The notes beneath the pieces were generated by a model that was not told where the DNA came from, searched no databases, and saw only the letters and a program-made list of their open reading frames with translations. DNA of 64,000 nt from NCBI GenBank assembly GCA_977017645.1, contig OZ360229.1, positions 107,942,001 through 108,006,000 of the forward strand. The letters run 5' to 3'. The position numbers and the translations under genes are program-made. Of the stretch, positions 37,283-49,576 are shown piece by piece (positions within the stretch are counted from its first letter, which is position 1; each line of letters opens with the position of its first letter). This DNA comes from Torpedo marmorata. Lineage: Eukaryota.

Positions 37283-37687
37283 ATTTGTGAATCAAGGCCT
37301 GGGTGAGTCATCCATACATATCACCATGGATGTCTGAGTATTCAAATTACGTTTTAAACAAATTCATTAAAAGTGACAATGAAGCTGTTAAAGTCTTGAG
37401 TTTACTGATGTTATTTAGGGAATTAAACATGCTTTCCTTACCCATTTTGATCTATAATTTTTATAATTTTTAATTTTTTAAAAAGTTAGAGATACAAGCC
37501 CTGTTGCCCAAACACACCCATAGGTTATAGGTGACTCCAGTCAGACAGGAACTGTTAACTTCCCCTGAAGTGGCTTTGCAAGACACACAATTATGTTGAA
37601 GCATTTAGCCACCCTTTTAGGACAACTGGAATGAGCAATAAGTGTCAGCTTTAACAATGTATCACCAACCTTAAAAGCAATGCAATT

Positions 37688-38430
37688 TTTAATATTATAT
37701 CTAATTTTCTCCAAGATCATATAAGACATTACATCCTGTAACCACTGTCTATGTATCGGTGATGAATCATCTTTCCATTTCAATAAAATTGCTCGTCTGG
37801 CTATCAACATGGAAAAGGCTAGAACTTTCTCCTGAGATGCAGACAGAGGTATATTTGGTTCACGTGAAAAACCAAACAAAGTAATTAACGGACATGGTTC
37901 TATTTTAATCTTAAAAATCGTCGATAAAGTTTGAAAAATATCTTCCAAAATCTCTCTAAATTTGGGCATTCCCAATACATATTAATCAGTGAGGCTTCAA
38001 AAATTAAAAATAGAAAGTTTCAATTTCTAAAGATATGGGGCCCATTTATAGAATACTATCATGATTGGAAGAATTAGTAAAGTTGAATGTTCCGAGGATT
38101 CTCTGTCCGAGCTCTGGAGATCGACACCTGATCCATTTTCTCTTTTCTCTTTGTTATAAAGGTAACCTTTTATAGAGGGAGGGGTTAGATGAGAATTAGC
38201 TTTTAGAATTTATTTTTTTTTATTTTATAAAAATATTTTACATTTTAGTTAATAATTTGGAATATGAGTTTTAACATGAATTTATAACATATTCATAACT
38301 TGTTCTATATTTAAACTTGGGAACTGGTTTAATTTTACTTGTTTTTCCTTTGAATTTGTATGTTTTCTTTTTTTTTTCTTGTATATTTGTTTATATGTTA
38401 AACTCAATAAAAATATTTTAAAAAGAAAAG
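37688..38430. mobile_element. L1-type LINE 3' end with a 5' inversion
   Basis: Minus-strand ORF2 C-terminal piece (37688-38004), plus-strand continuation IKNRKFQFLKIWGPFIEYY*, 3' UTR, AATAAA and A-rich tail. A 15-bp target-site duplication AAAAGCAATGCAATT sits at 37673-37687 and 38431-38445. Confidence 0.88.
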
Positions 38431-38916
38431 AAAAGCAATGCAATTAAAAAAAAAACTTGTCAAGCATTAATGAACAACAATGCAGTGGAAATTTAGGTTT
38501 GCTTCATGTTAGTAGATATTCAATGAATCTTTATTAAATAGCATCAGGTTTTGAATTCAATTTACCGTAGTTTCAGATTTCACTATTTCCAATATAAATG
38601 GAAACATATTTCCAGGTAAGCCTATACACAACACTAGCACTTATCCATTATTTAACTAGCTTGTGGAAAAAAAAAATCATGCAACATTATTGTAAGTTCT
38701 TGAGATAATTTTTTGTCCTTTTATAACTCTGTTTCATGAATGATGTGATCAGAAGATCTGAAGCCAAATCCTGAAAGTGCAGCTGTAAATTGCTTCAATT
38801 TCTATCCACATTGTTTTCGAAATAGATCAAAGATTGGCACTTCATAACTTGTGAGTCGATGCAAAGTGATAGTCCATTTCTATATCATTCCAATTCTTAA
38901 GCTGTAATCTTGGGTA

Positions 38917-38978
38917 CTAACGGGGGTTTGAATTTTGTGGGCTCTCATTCAATCGATAGGCACACATGTAGAAGATAC
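38917..38978 (-). CDS. LIM2: LIM2-like last coding exon (62 bp incl. stop)
   Basis: Acceptor ttcttctcag|GT. Translates GIFYMCAYRLNESPQNSNPR*. Total CDS is 522 bp (173 aa), the length of mammalian LIM2. Candidate AATAAA on the minus strand at 38530-38535. This exon is not in the ORF track. Confidence 0.92.
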
Positions 38979-39717
38979 CTGAGAAGAAAAAGGTGTGATA
39001 TATTTGTATTATCAAATCAGCTCAGCATGACTGGAGGATCAATTGAGTCTGACTCAACAGTTTACCAAAACCACATGCAACTCGATGCAGAAGCCAAGCA
39101 ATTATGATGTAAAAACGCCAACACTGAATTCATAAGTTCACCACGACTAATTGAATTCAATAAATTTAAGAGTTCAAAAAATTCTGAAAGCAATTGTAGT
39201 CATTTCAAAACACAATCAGTGTTCAACCCTAAAATTAGCATTATAAGAAAGCTAAATCAGCAATAATATTTTTTTCTTTTTATTTTAAAATGGCTGTCTG
39301 ACAAAATTTTTTATCTAAATGTTTCACCATTGAATATGACAGGTACTAAACTGATCATACACATTAGGAGGGTGACAACATCAATTTTTATTAACCTAAT
39401 TTATCTTCGCTGGCTCAGCTGATCTCAGCCCCTCTGTGCCTGGGAGAGAAACATCATCCTGTTTCTGGTCCTAATTACTCTCTAATCATGTGTTTGTATG
39501 TTTTTGTCTGCATTGATTAGAAGATGGTTAGAAGCATCTGTGATAGTCCTCCCTGGTGAAATTATTTGTCGGCATTCACCATTGCAATCCATGCATGAAA
39601 AGCCATGCTTCTGCAGTCTTAACAAACAATTGTACACCACAATGTTTTGGTGTGAAATGTGCATTTTTAATCAATTGAAGTGTCCATTGTATAGTGAAAA
39701 AGAACACAATATTTTAC

Positions 39718-39852
39718 CTGCAAAGAACGTGAGGACCACAGCCACCCATCCAATGATATAGGACCAGGAGAAGCGCCAGTTGCCATAACGCTTCCCATAA
39801 TAGTTTATTGTGACAGCTGTATAAATTGCCATGGCCAGCAACACAAATAAAC
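39718..39852 (-). CDS. LIM2: LIM2-like coding exon 3 (135 bp)
   Basis: Acceptor ttttacag|GT. Translates CLFVLLAMAIYTAVTINYYGKRYGNWRFSWSYIIGWVAVVLTFFA. Donor G|GTAAAA. Confidence 0.94.
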
Positions 39853-39951
39853 CTGTAAAATATAAAGTGCATAACTCTAGCAATAAAAGTTAGTGCTTTT
39901 TGGGAAAAAAAAGTCAGTGGTGTTATGATTGAAATCATTTTCCATACTTAC

Positions 39952-40101
39952 ATGAAATAAAGTACAAGATTCCTGCGGCAAAAGTTCTATCAAATTTGGT
40001 GAAGGAAGAGTATTGCATGAATGCCATGAAGCCAATAATAATGCCAAAGAAACATGCCAATAAGGAGAGGATCATGAACACACGGGTGGCATCCCAGTAA
40101 G
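39952..40101 (-). CDS. LIM2: LIM2-like coding exon 2 (150 bp)
   Basis: Acceptor ttctag|CT. Translates AYWDATRVFMILSLLACFFGIIIGFMAFMQYSSFTKFDRTFAAGILYFIS. Donor T|GTAAGT. Confidence 0.94.
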
Positions 40102-40759
40102 CTAGAATAACATGAGAACAAGTTGTCATTATACACTAGCGAAAAGGCAATTTAATTTCTACTCTAACTAATGGGGAAAGAGAATAAAGGCAAATGAGAA
40201 ATAAAGTAAAGTATTTCATTCCCATTTTGGCTTCAAATAAATTCAGTTGTCGCCTCTTCCCTCACTTAAGTGTTATGTGAGATTAAGGCCTTTGCTGTTC
40301 AGACCATAAAACTTATCATGTGGATACTATTGTGTGCCTCTCCCCAGCTAGACAGTGACAACAAAACATTCCTGTTAATGCCCATGCATTACATTTGTTA
40401 CATTTATGTTGATGGAAATGTAAGAGTCCTTGACTGCACCAAGCACCACTGCAGAAAACGTGACTGTTTAATCCAGGCTATCAGCAGAACATGGTAAGGA
40501 TTTACAAGTGATTTATTTATAAGGAGTTTATATTTAATGTGGAGAAATTTTAGTTTATTAATATCAATTTATTAATGTATACTTTTATAATATGCAGAGG
40601 AAAGTAACTTGTAAGGTACAGTAAATCATTTCTATGCTTATCAAATCTTTGCTGGATATACAGTATATATAACATGACTTTTTGGTTATTAAAATTGGTA
40701 CAATTCAGTGGAGGTTTTTTTTCATGCTTCCTTTATAACATAGAAGAAGGCCATTTGAA

Positions 40760-40980
40760 CCATCAAGTCTATACCAGCACATGTATTCCAAGTCCCCACT
40801 GCAACCTGTTCTCTGACACATGCTCAGTAATTCCTGATTTTTCTGATCAGAGGTAATTTACAGTAACAAATTAGTCCAAAGTCAGCATGCCATTGGAATG
40901 TGGAAGGAAACTGGTACATCTGGGGAAACTCATGCGGTCACCAAGAGAATATTCAAACTTCATATAGAGAGCATCCAAAG
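40760..40980 (-). mobile_element. Old V-SINE in a LIM2 intron
   Basis: ggaatgtggaaggaaactgg...ggggaaactcatgcggtcac...caaactt is a V-domain remnant. Confidence 0.6.
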
Positions 40981-41821
40981 TGAATAATTTTATTCCATTG
41001 ACAAAATAAATGCCTGGACATTGAAGCATTTCTCAGAACATACTTTTTTTTAATTTAGAAAACTGTTTGAAATTCAAAAGGTAGTCCATTATTCAGTGAG
41101 AACTGCGCAGAGACTGCAAATAACATGTCCTAAGGGAGGAAGTACTGAATAAATATATATTATCCAAGTAGGGAAATTATTTTGGGTGGTACCATTTTCA
41201 CATTCAAAATATTACCTGAGAAATTCCTGTCATAAATTCGCTTTATTTTCAGCAAATACTTTTTTTTATTTTCATAGAAGATAAACCATAATCATTTGTA
41301 ACTTGAATGATTTAATTTGCCAGTTAATATCCTGTAATATTTGTTCATGAGATCAATCTCCTTGGAAATAGTTCCGACTTCTCCTTCTCCAATTTTTGTC
41401 TCTGCACTCCCCAGATACCCTTCCCACTTTCTCCTTCCCTTTTATCTCTTTGTGCTTGCCTTCAACTGCTACTTATTTGGTGTTTTTTTTAAATCTCTCT
41501 CTATATTACTGAGTCCGTTCTCTGTAAAGCACCGCTTCTGATCTAGTTGTATTTTCTAGACTCTAATGTTGTTCTACATGTTTTCACTCACTTGTTAATT
41601 ACATCCCTTTTTTGTAAACTGGTTTTCAAAGAAAATATTTTGAAAATATAACCTGAACTACTGCCTCATCTGTGATCAGTTCACTCAGCAGAACCAGGAA
41701 CTGAATCGAAGAATGATTTTGGCTTCTGGACCATTAACAAATCACCGTCAAGTCATTTTAAATCATTCAATTCCTTGGCTGTTCTATTAAGAACTGTACC
41801 TGCACCTTCATCTGATCTTAC

Positions 41822-41996
41822 CAACACTGTCAGTGTGCAGGTAGCACTTTCCTGGCACACAATATCTCCACAGGCCCTGGTGCATAAAACTTCCAGAACG
41901 GCGATACTGCATCCAGTAATCGGTTGCCGTGGAAACAACAAGTAGGATGTTGCCTACACCAGCACAGAACAAACCACCTCCCATAAAACTGTACAT
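41822..41996 (-). CDS. LIM2: LIM2/MP20-like lens intrinsic membrane protein, first coding exon (175 bp)
   Basis: Translates MYSFMGGGLFCAGVGNILLVVSTATDYWMQYRRSGSFMHQGLWRYCVPGKCYLHTDSV, with the PMP22/claudin W-GLW-C-C signature. Donor G|GTAAGA. An upstream acceptor (ttctacag|, exon starting 42013) implies a non-coding first exon. Confidence 0.94.
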
Positions 41997-42104
41997 CTTC
42001 TTGCAGATACAATCTGTAGAAGGAAACACATAAAGAAGGTGCAAGTCATTATTCAATGTAGATACTTTGATCTCCTACATTCATCAACAAATCTATTTGT
42101 AAAA

Positions 42105-42272
42105 CTTTGTGCTCAGTGCAATACATTACACCAAAATGCAGGAGAAACTCAGCAGGACATGCAGCATCCATCTGAAGAAAGGCAATCAATGTTTTGGGCC
42201 TGAGCCCTTCATCAGGAATCCTGCATTTTTGTGTATTGTACTCGACCCCAGCTTCTGCAGATTTTCTAGTTT
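42105..42272. mobile_element. Short Penelope pseudo-LTR-derived element with inverted ends
   Basis: The minus strand carries cctgatgaagggctcaggccc and ctgctgagtttctcctgcattttg. The plus strand repeats tcctgcatttttgtgtattg. Confidence 0.65.
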
Positions 42273-44756
42273 AATGTGCTCAATGGAATAATGCATTACA
42301 AATTGTTTCAGATTATATAGAATATTTTCTTCATTTCCTAATTTCTTGTCAACTGTTAACATGGGGAATGTTTTCTGTGATTTTCAAAGAACATATTGGC
42401 CTTAGAATTCCTGTGGCCATTTGTAATCACAAGTATGGCAGAAATTCTATCCTGGGGATGTTGGCTAATTACCACAGCCAACATGTCCACAACTCATCCT
42501 GAACCAGCAACTGGAACCTAGAGCACTTCCACACTTCTTCATCAGATTGGTGACCATGGAATGGATTAAGGAAGACCTCCTCCTTCACTTTTACTCATTT
42601 GCCTTTTCACCCTGTGAGGTTTCAGCTGAAGCATCTTGGAAGAATGAAGGGAATATTGTTATTCAGGTAGCATCCTTGATGCAGCTAAAGGAATGCACAG
42701 AATCTCAAATGTCCTTCCCTATGGAAATTGAATGGAATTTCAAAATGTAAGCGTTCAAATTGTTGCAATCATATTTAATGCTCATGCAGGATCTTTGATA
42801 GATCTATCCAATTAATTCCACTTTCCTAAATCTTTCCACAGCACTGTAATTTTTTCTCCTAAAATATTTATTCCATGCTCTTGTCTCTGTTTCCACTATA
42901 TTTTCAGAGATTAAAACCCAGATCATAACAATTTAGCGTGCAAAATTAACCACCATCGTGTCCCTTCTGCTTAATTTGCTAATCAACTCAAATGTTTTGT
43001 ATTCACTTTTTTATGGCCTCACAGGAAAGGAGTCCATCATCTTCCCAAAGCTTCTGCTCCAATGTCCTCCCTCTTACGATTCTTAATTTGTTTTGGCATT
43101 TTAGATTCTCTCACAATTGATTACATCATATTCTTTCTTTAACAGTTCTAAAGGTCCTCTCTCATTTAATGATGTCCTATTTGACCCAATTTAGACAATA
43201 AATATAAATATCTTCCCCATTTTGGTAATTTAAATTTGTTTTGCCCAGTTGATAAAAAAAATAACAGAAATACATTGATAACATTTAAAATCATAAACAT
43301 GAAACATATTCTTGAGGATATCTTATAGAATGCACAGAGCAAATTCAAAGCTCTTTGATGAATGAATTGACTCACAAAAAGAAAGTTCTGATTCATCCAA
43401 TATATCAAAGATCAGTCAATATGATTTTGACTTTGACTTAACATACTGGAATGGAGGGATATCTATTAGATACAAGCAGCAGATATTTAGTTTGTTTTGG
43501 GCATCATGTTCAGCACAGACACATGTTAAAGTTAGCTGACACATCCAGATTTAAACCCTTCTCCCTGCTGTTCAAATAATTTATCTGAGTAAAGGAAAAA
43601 ATAAAAAGCAACATTCTACATTTATACTTAGAAGTAGTATATTCTTTGTTATATACTGAATTGGAAAATGCACGAAAAACTCCTACCTGTAGCTCTTCCA
43701 CTTGCGTTGATCCAATGTCTGTTATAATTCTGCCGCAGCACAACTAGATACCACAAACCCAGTGCGGGGGTGGGGGGGGGATTTGCAGAGTTACTCCTCA
43801 GCAGAACTTTGTCAGTGAAGCTAGAAAAATAAACATAGAGAAATGCAGCACATGGAACAATTGTGCTCACTACAATAAGCTACATAAAAAAGACGATTAG
43901 CTAGAGCCACGTGTGTAAATGCAGGAATTTGCTGAATACACATTGTCATTGAGTACTTAAGTTGTGTGCATTAAAGAAGTAGATGATGGGTGCAATTTTT
44001 CCATTCAACTAGATCATGGTCCATTTGCAGATAAAATTCAATATATGCTTTGGAAATAATGCTTGTGATGCCATTTTGTAATTATCATGCAAAACTAAAG
44101 CAATCAACACATTAGCTTTTTGGTCTGAATCTAAGAAATGTTGCTCACCGTTGAACATGTAGACAATGCTCCACAATGACTAACTTAGGCCTATGAGATA
44201 GATTCTCTCTTTCCTGCTTCTGGAAATCTGTGGCAACTAACAACAGTGATGGCATCAAAAAGGCCAAGCAGCCAATTAGATTGAAGAATTTTCATGACTT
44301 GCACCTGCAAGGATGTATAAAAAAAACTATATTTAACTATTTAAACATTTTACATCAAGTGTAATTCACATTGGAATGGGTGATTAAAGTAAGTAATGGA
44401 AATATTATAAATTAAATTTAAATTTTTTAAAATATAGACATTTGAAATATTAACTGCACCACCTCCACACCTGTCAAAAGTGTTGTTTAGAGTGTGATAC
44501 AACACCAGTGTTAATATATCTTTAATCTGTCACCAACGTAAGTTATTATAGTTTCTACAAGGTGGCAGATGGTTAGTGCTCCAATCAAAAAGGAAAGGAA
44601 TGTTTTCCCACACAAAGTTTATTTCTGGTGGGCCTGGGGAGTAAAGTGTAGGAGTTGTACATACAAAGAACCTATAGGAAAAGAGGATTGTGAGAGAAAC
44701 AGAGAGGGGGAAGGGGGAAGGGATTCTGCTCGGAGAGAGATGATAAAGTGAATCAT

Positions 44757-45027
44757 TTTAATTTAAAAAAAAATTTAGACATACAGCACTGTAACAGGCC
44801 AATTTGGCCCTAAGAGTCCGTGCCGCCCAATTTACACCCCATTAACCTACTCCCCGGTATGTTTTTGAAGGGTGGTAGGAAACCGGAGGCCCCGGAGAAA
44901 ACTCACGCAGACACGAGGAGAATGTACAAACTCCTTACAGACAGCGCGGGATTCGAACCCAGGTCTGGTCCCAATCGCTGGCGCTGTAAAGGCGTTGCGC
45001 TAACCGCTACGCCAACTGTGCCGCCCC
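44757..45027 (-). mobile_element. V-SINE, full length
   Basis: Box A (tggcgtagcggttagcgc), box B (ggttcgaatcc), V-domain and AT-rich tail. Confidence 0.9.
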
Positions 45028-45669
45028 GAATAGAAATGAAAGATAATGACATAAGGTTCGGTTAGTGAAAATGTACTGAGATTTATGCTGGCATTGTTGA
45101 GGAATCCATGAATTGCCAGGTGCTTTCAATGTTGTATTGATGATGAGCATTGGAAAAGAACAATATTTTTATAGAATGCCCTTCAAAATTCAATGGATCA
45201 CCAACAATTTAAATTTGTTTATTTGCACAAATATCCAGTACAGTGAGAAGGGATCTTCTGCGAACAGATCAACAGGTTATCTCTACCATTACACACAACC
45301 ATGTTTCGAGCACTATTTATCTAGTAGGGGATACAATTAGTATCAAGCAAGGGCAGCATGAGATCACTATTATGGGATTCATTCAGGATCCTGATGGTTG
45401 CAAGGAAGAAGCTGTCTTTGAGCCTGCTAGTGCATGTTTTCACACTCTTAAGCCTTCTTCCCAATGAGAGGGGGGAGAAGTGAGTATCCAGGGTGTGATG
45501 GGTCTTTCAGTACATTGATGCTTTTTCGAGGAATAGGAGATGTAGATGGATTCGATGAAGGGGAGGGAAGTTTTCTTTATGTTCTGAGCTACATTCACAA
45601 CCTCCGATAGTTTCTTCCGACCTTAAGCAGAGCAGCTCCTGTACTATGTTGTGATGCATCCAATAAGTA

Positions 45670-45983
45670 CAGGTATTCCCCGACTTACCACCTATGCGAC
45701 TTACGGTCATCCGTACATACGACCAAAATTTTTTTTTATTAAATAAAGAAAAAATATAAAAATTACACGGTTATGGATGAAAGTTGGGTCTATCTATGGA
45801 AAATAACGCCTCTCACGAGAGTTTGGCAGCAGTGGCCAACCTCTCGCGAGAGCTGGCCTTGGTGGCCGCCATGTTGTATTTGATGAATGATAATACGGAT
45901 ACAGTGCAATTCCGACATACGTCCATTTCGAGATACGACCGGTTGGCCAGAACGGAACACGGACATAAGTTGAGGAGTACCTG
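45670..45983. mobile_element. Tigger-like MITE with TA target-site duplication
   Basis: TA|CAGGTATTCCCCGACTTA ... TAAGTTGAGGAGTACCTG|TA. Confidence 0.8.
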
Positions 45984-46897
45984 TATATTTTTGATTATTC
46001 ACCTGTAGAGGGACGGAGGGAGATGCTGAAATTCCTTAGACTTCTAAAAATTAGAGGCTTTGGTGTGCTTTCTTGATCATAAGTTTGACATGCTTGTTCC
46101 AGGTCAGGTCATTGGAGATATTTATTCGCAGGTTCCTGAAGCTATCTACTCTTTCCACTTCATCACCATTAATGTGGACAAAGGTTTGCACTCTGTCCCA
46201 TCTCCTGAAGTCAAAGATAATCTCCTTGACGTTGAGAGAGAGGTTATTACCTTAGTACCATGCCATTAGGCTTTTAATCTCTTTACTTTATTCTTGCCCA
46301 TCGTTATTTGTTATGATTATCTGTTGTGTCATTGGCAAATTTGAAGATGGAACTGGAACAGTATTTAGCTGTATAGTCGTGGGTGTAGCGGAAGTATGGC
46401 AATGGACTCAGTTCATTTCCTTAAGGAGCACCATGTTGAGTGTGTTCGTGGAAGAGATGTTACCCATCTTCACTGGTTGTGGATCCAGTTGCAGAGGTTG
46501 GGGGGGGGGGGGCAGCAAGGCTTAGATCCTGAAGTTTGGGAATGAGTTTGCCAGGGACTATGGTGTTGAAGGTATAGCGGAAGTCTATGAATAGTAGTCT
46601 ATCATATATGCCCTTGGCTTCCAGATGTTCTAGAGCTGAGTGGAGAGCAAGGGAGAATGCATCTTCTGTGGATCTGTTTGACTGATATGGAAATTCAAGT
46701 GGGTCGAGGCTGGTGGTGGGCTAGAGTTGATGTGAGCAATGACCAACCTCTCAAAGCACTTTAACATGGTGGATGTCAAAGCCATCGGTCAATAGTCATT
46801 TAGGCCTTTTGTTATGCTTTCCCTCAGGACTGGTATGATGATGGCCTTTTTGAATCAAGTGGGGACCATGGCCTGTCGTTGGGAGAGATTAAAGATA

Positions 46898-47167
46898 TGG
46901 CGGCACGGTTGGCGTAGCGGTTAGCGCAATGCCTTTATAGCGCCAGCGATCGGGACCGGGGTTCGAATCCAGCGCTGTCTGTAAGGAGTTTGTAAGTTCT
47001 CCCCGTGTCTGCGTGGGTTTTCCCCAGGGGCTCTGGTTTCCTCCCACCGTTCGAAATGTACCGGGGGTAGTAGGTTAATTGGGTGTAAAAATTGGGCGGC
47101 ATGGACTCGTGAGCCGAAATGGCCCATTACTGTGCTGTATGTCTAAATTTTAAAAATTAATTTAATT
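46898..47167 (+). mobile_element. V-SINE, full length
   Basis: ggcggcacggttggcgtagcggttagcgc...ggttcgaatcc...gtaaggagtttgta. Confidence 0.9.
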
Positions 47168-47622
47168 TCTATGAATATCTCCGCCAGTTGTTCTGCGCAG
47201 GCTCCCAGGACATGTCCTGGGGCTCCATCTGGGCCAGTTACTTTATCTTTGAAATGTAGTCATGAACGTAATGAATGAAATGTAATGACAGTTTGTGAAC
47301 ATCAAAAACTCACAAGAAAACACGATCACATTATCACTAATGTTAGTTGAATAAATAGACGCTACAATATCAAGGAAACCACTGTGCTTTTTACAAAATA
47401 ATGCTGGGGATCTGTTCCCATGAAATAGCAAGCAGGGTCTCATCTAATTTCAAAATAGACAGACTGAATGTCCGATAATGGAGCAGGTACCCTCCTAGTA
47501 TTGAACTGCATCGCCAAGTCCACCATCTTCTGACTCAGATGTAAGAATGCTCACACAAAGCCATTGGTGATGCAGGGGAAGAAATAGCAATGTGATTAAT
47601 GATTACAAACCTGCTTAAATAA

Positions 47623-49183
47623 GAACTTGTCCTTACTCTCAATAACTTCTCCTTCAACTCATCCCACTTCCTCCAAATCAAAGGAGTAGCCATGGGTACC
47701 CGCATGGGTCCCAGCTACGCCTGCCTGTTTGTGGGCTTTGTGGAGCAATCCATGCTGCAAGCCTACACAGGCAAGACCCCTCATCTCTTCCTCCGGTATA
47801 TCGACGACTACATCGGGGCTGCCTCATGCACCCACGATGAGCTTGTCAACTTCATCCACTTCGCATCCAACTTTCACCATGATCTCAAACTCACCTGGTC
47901 CATCTCCGATAACACTCTCCCCTTCCTGGATCTCTCTGTCTCCATCTCGGGAGACAAGCTTTCCACCGACATTTACTACAAACCCTCCAACTCCCACAAC
48001 TATCTGGACTACACATCCTCACACCCTGTCCCCTGCAAGGACTCCATCCCCTTCTCTCAATTTCTCCGCCTCCGCCGCATCTGTTCCCAAGATGAGGTGT
48101 TCCACTCCAGATCTTCTGAAATGTCTGCCTTTTTCCACAAACGTGGCTTCCCCTCCACCACCATCAACTCAGCCCTCACCCGCATCTCCTCCATTTCCCA
48201 CTCATCTGCCCTGGCCCCCTCTGCCCCCAGACACAACAAACATAGAATACCCCTCATCCTCACCTACCACCCCACCAGCCTCCGCATCCAACACATTATC
48301 CGTCGGAATTTCCGGCACTTGCTGCAGGATCCCACCACCAGACACATTTTTCCTTCTCCTCCCCTCTCGGCCTTCCGTAGGGACCGCTCCCTCCGTGATT
48401 CACTCGTGCACTCGTCCCTCCCCACCCATCGCACCCCTGGAACCTTCCCCTGTGCCCGCAGGAGGTGCAACACCTGCGCCCACACGTCCCCCCTCACCAC
48501 GGTCCAGGGCCCCAAACAGGCCTTCCAAGTGAAGCAACACTTCACTTGTACATCCAGAGGACTTATTTACTGCATCCGGTGCTCCCTTTGTGGCTTTCTA
48601 TACATTGGAGAGACCGGTCGTAGATTGGGAGATCGCTTCGCTCAGCACCTCCGCTCGGTTCGCAACAACAGCGACCTCCCAGTGGCCAACCATTTCAATT
48701 CTGGGTCACACTCCCACACTCACATGTCTGTCCATGGCCTCATGTACTATCCCACCAAGACTACCCGCAAACTGGAGGAACAACATCTCATATTCCGTCT
48801 CGGCACTCTCCAGCCAGATGGAATTAACATTGACTTTTCTGCTTTCCACTAAACCTGCTTGTTGTTCCCTTCCCCTCCCCCCTCACCTGTCCTTCCTGTG
48901 TTTCTCCAGCTACCCAGCCATCCCTCCTCCCCCTCTTTGCTACTGTCCCCTCCCTCCTGTCTCCACCTATTATCTTCTGCCTTTCCCACCCACCCTTCCC
49001 CCCTCACTCCTTTGTTCGGACGTCTGCCGGCATTTTCTCATACTTTGAAGAAGGGCTCAAGCCTGAAACGTCAGTTATGTATTTCTACCTTTGCTACATA
49101 AAAGACACTGTTTGACCTGCTGAGTTCTCCAGCATTTGTGTTTTTTACTACATTATTACGGTGTCTACAGATTTTCGTGTTTA
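47623..49183 (+). mobile_element. Penelope-like retroelement, 5'-truncated: RT C-terminal half, GIY-YIG endonuclease, pseudo-LTR
   Basis: The open 386-aa ORF 47692-48852 contains MGTRMGPSYA, FLRYIDD, PFLD, a C-x4-C-x2-C linker and LIY...YIGET. A 12-bp direct repeat CTGCTTAAATAA flanks the element (47611-47622 and 49184-49195). Confidence 0.95.
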
Positions 49184-49309
49184 CTGCTTAAATAAATGGA
49201 TCTGTCTTTGTTAGAATGAAATTTAGAGAAATAAAGTGATTGGTTAACTTCATTTTAACTGATAGCTGATTGACTAAATGAGAGTGAAATAACGTATCCT
49301 AGATAATGT

Positions 49310-49560
49310 GGACGGCATGCTTAGCGTAGCGGTTAGCGCAACACTTACAGCGCCAGCGATCGGGACCGGGGTTCGAATCCCGCGCTGTCTGTAAGGAGTT
49401 TGTACGTTCTCCCCATGTCTGCGTGGGTTTTCCCCGGGGGCTCTGGTTTCCTCCTACCGTTCAAAAATGTATCGGGGGTTGTAGGTTAATTGGGTGTAAA
49501 TGGGCGGCATGGGCCCATGGGCGAAAAGGGCCTGTTACTGTGCTGTAAATTTAAATTTAA
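49310..49560 (+). mobile_element. V-SINE
   Basis: Box A, box B and V-domain as in the other copies. Confidence 0.88.
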
Positions 49561-49576
49561 ACAAAATGAAATAGAT

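Larger units (their letters stand above)
45200..47244 (-). mobile_element. Decayed Rex1/Babar LINE hosting a MITE and a SINE
   Basis: The reverse complement matches the GPDG..G..L..CA.QLA.IFTDIFNLS region and the 3' end ctcaaagacagcttcttcc of the other Rex1 copies. Confidence 0.75.

Noticed and set aside
46898-46975. tRNA gene (box A/B sequences here and in similar copies)
   Set aside because: These are heads of multi-copy V-SINEs, and no complete cloverleaf is evident.
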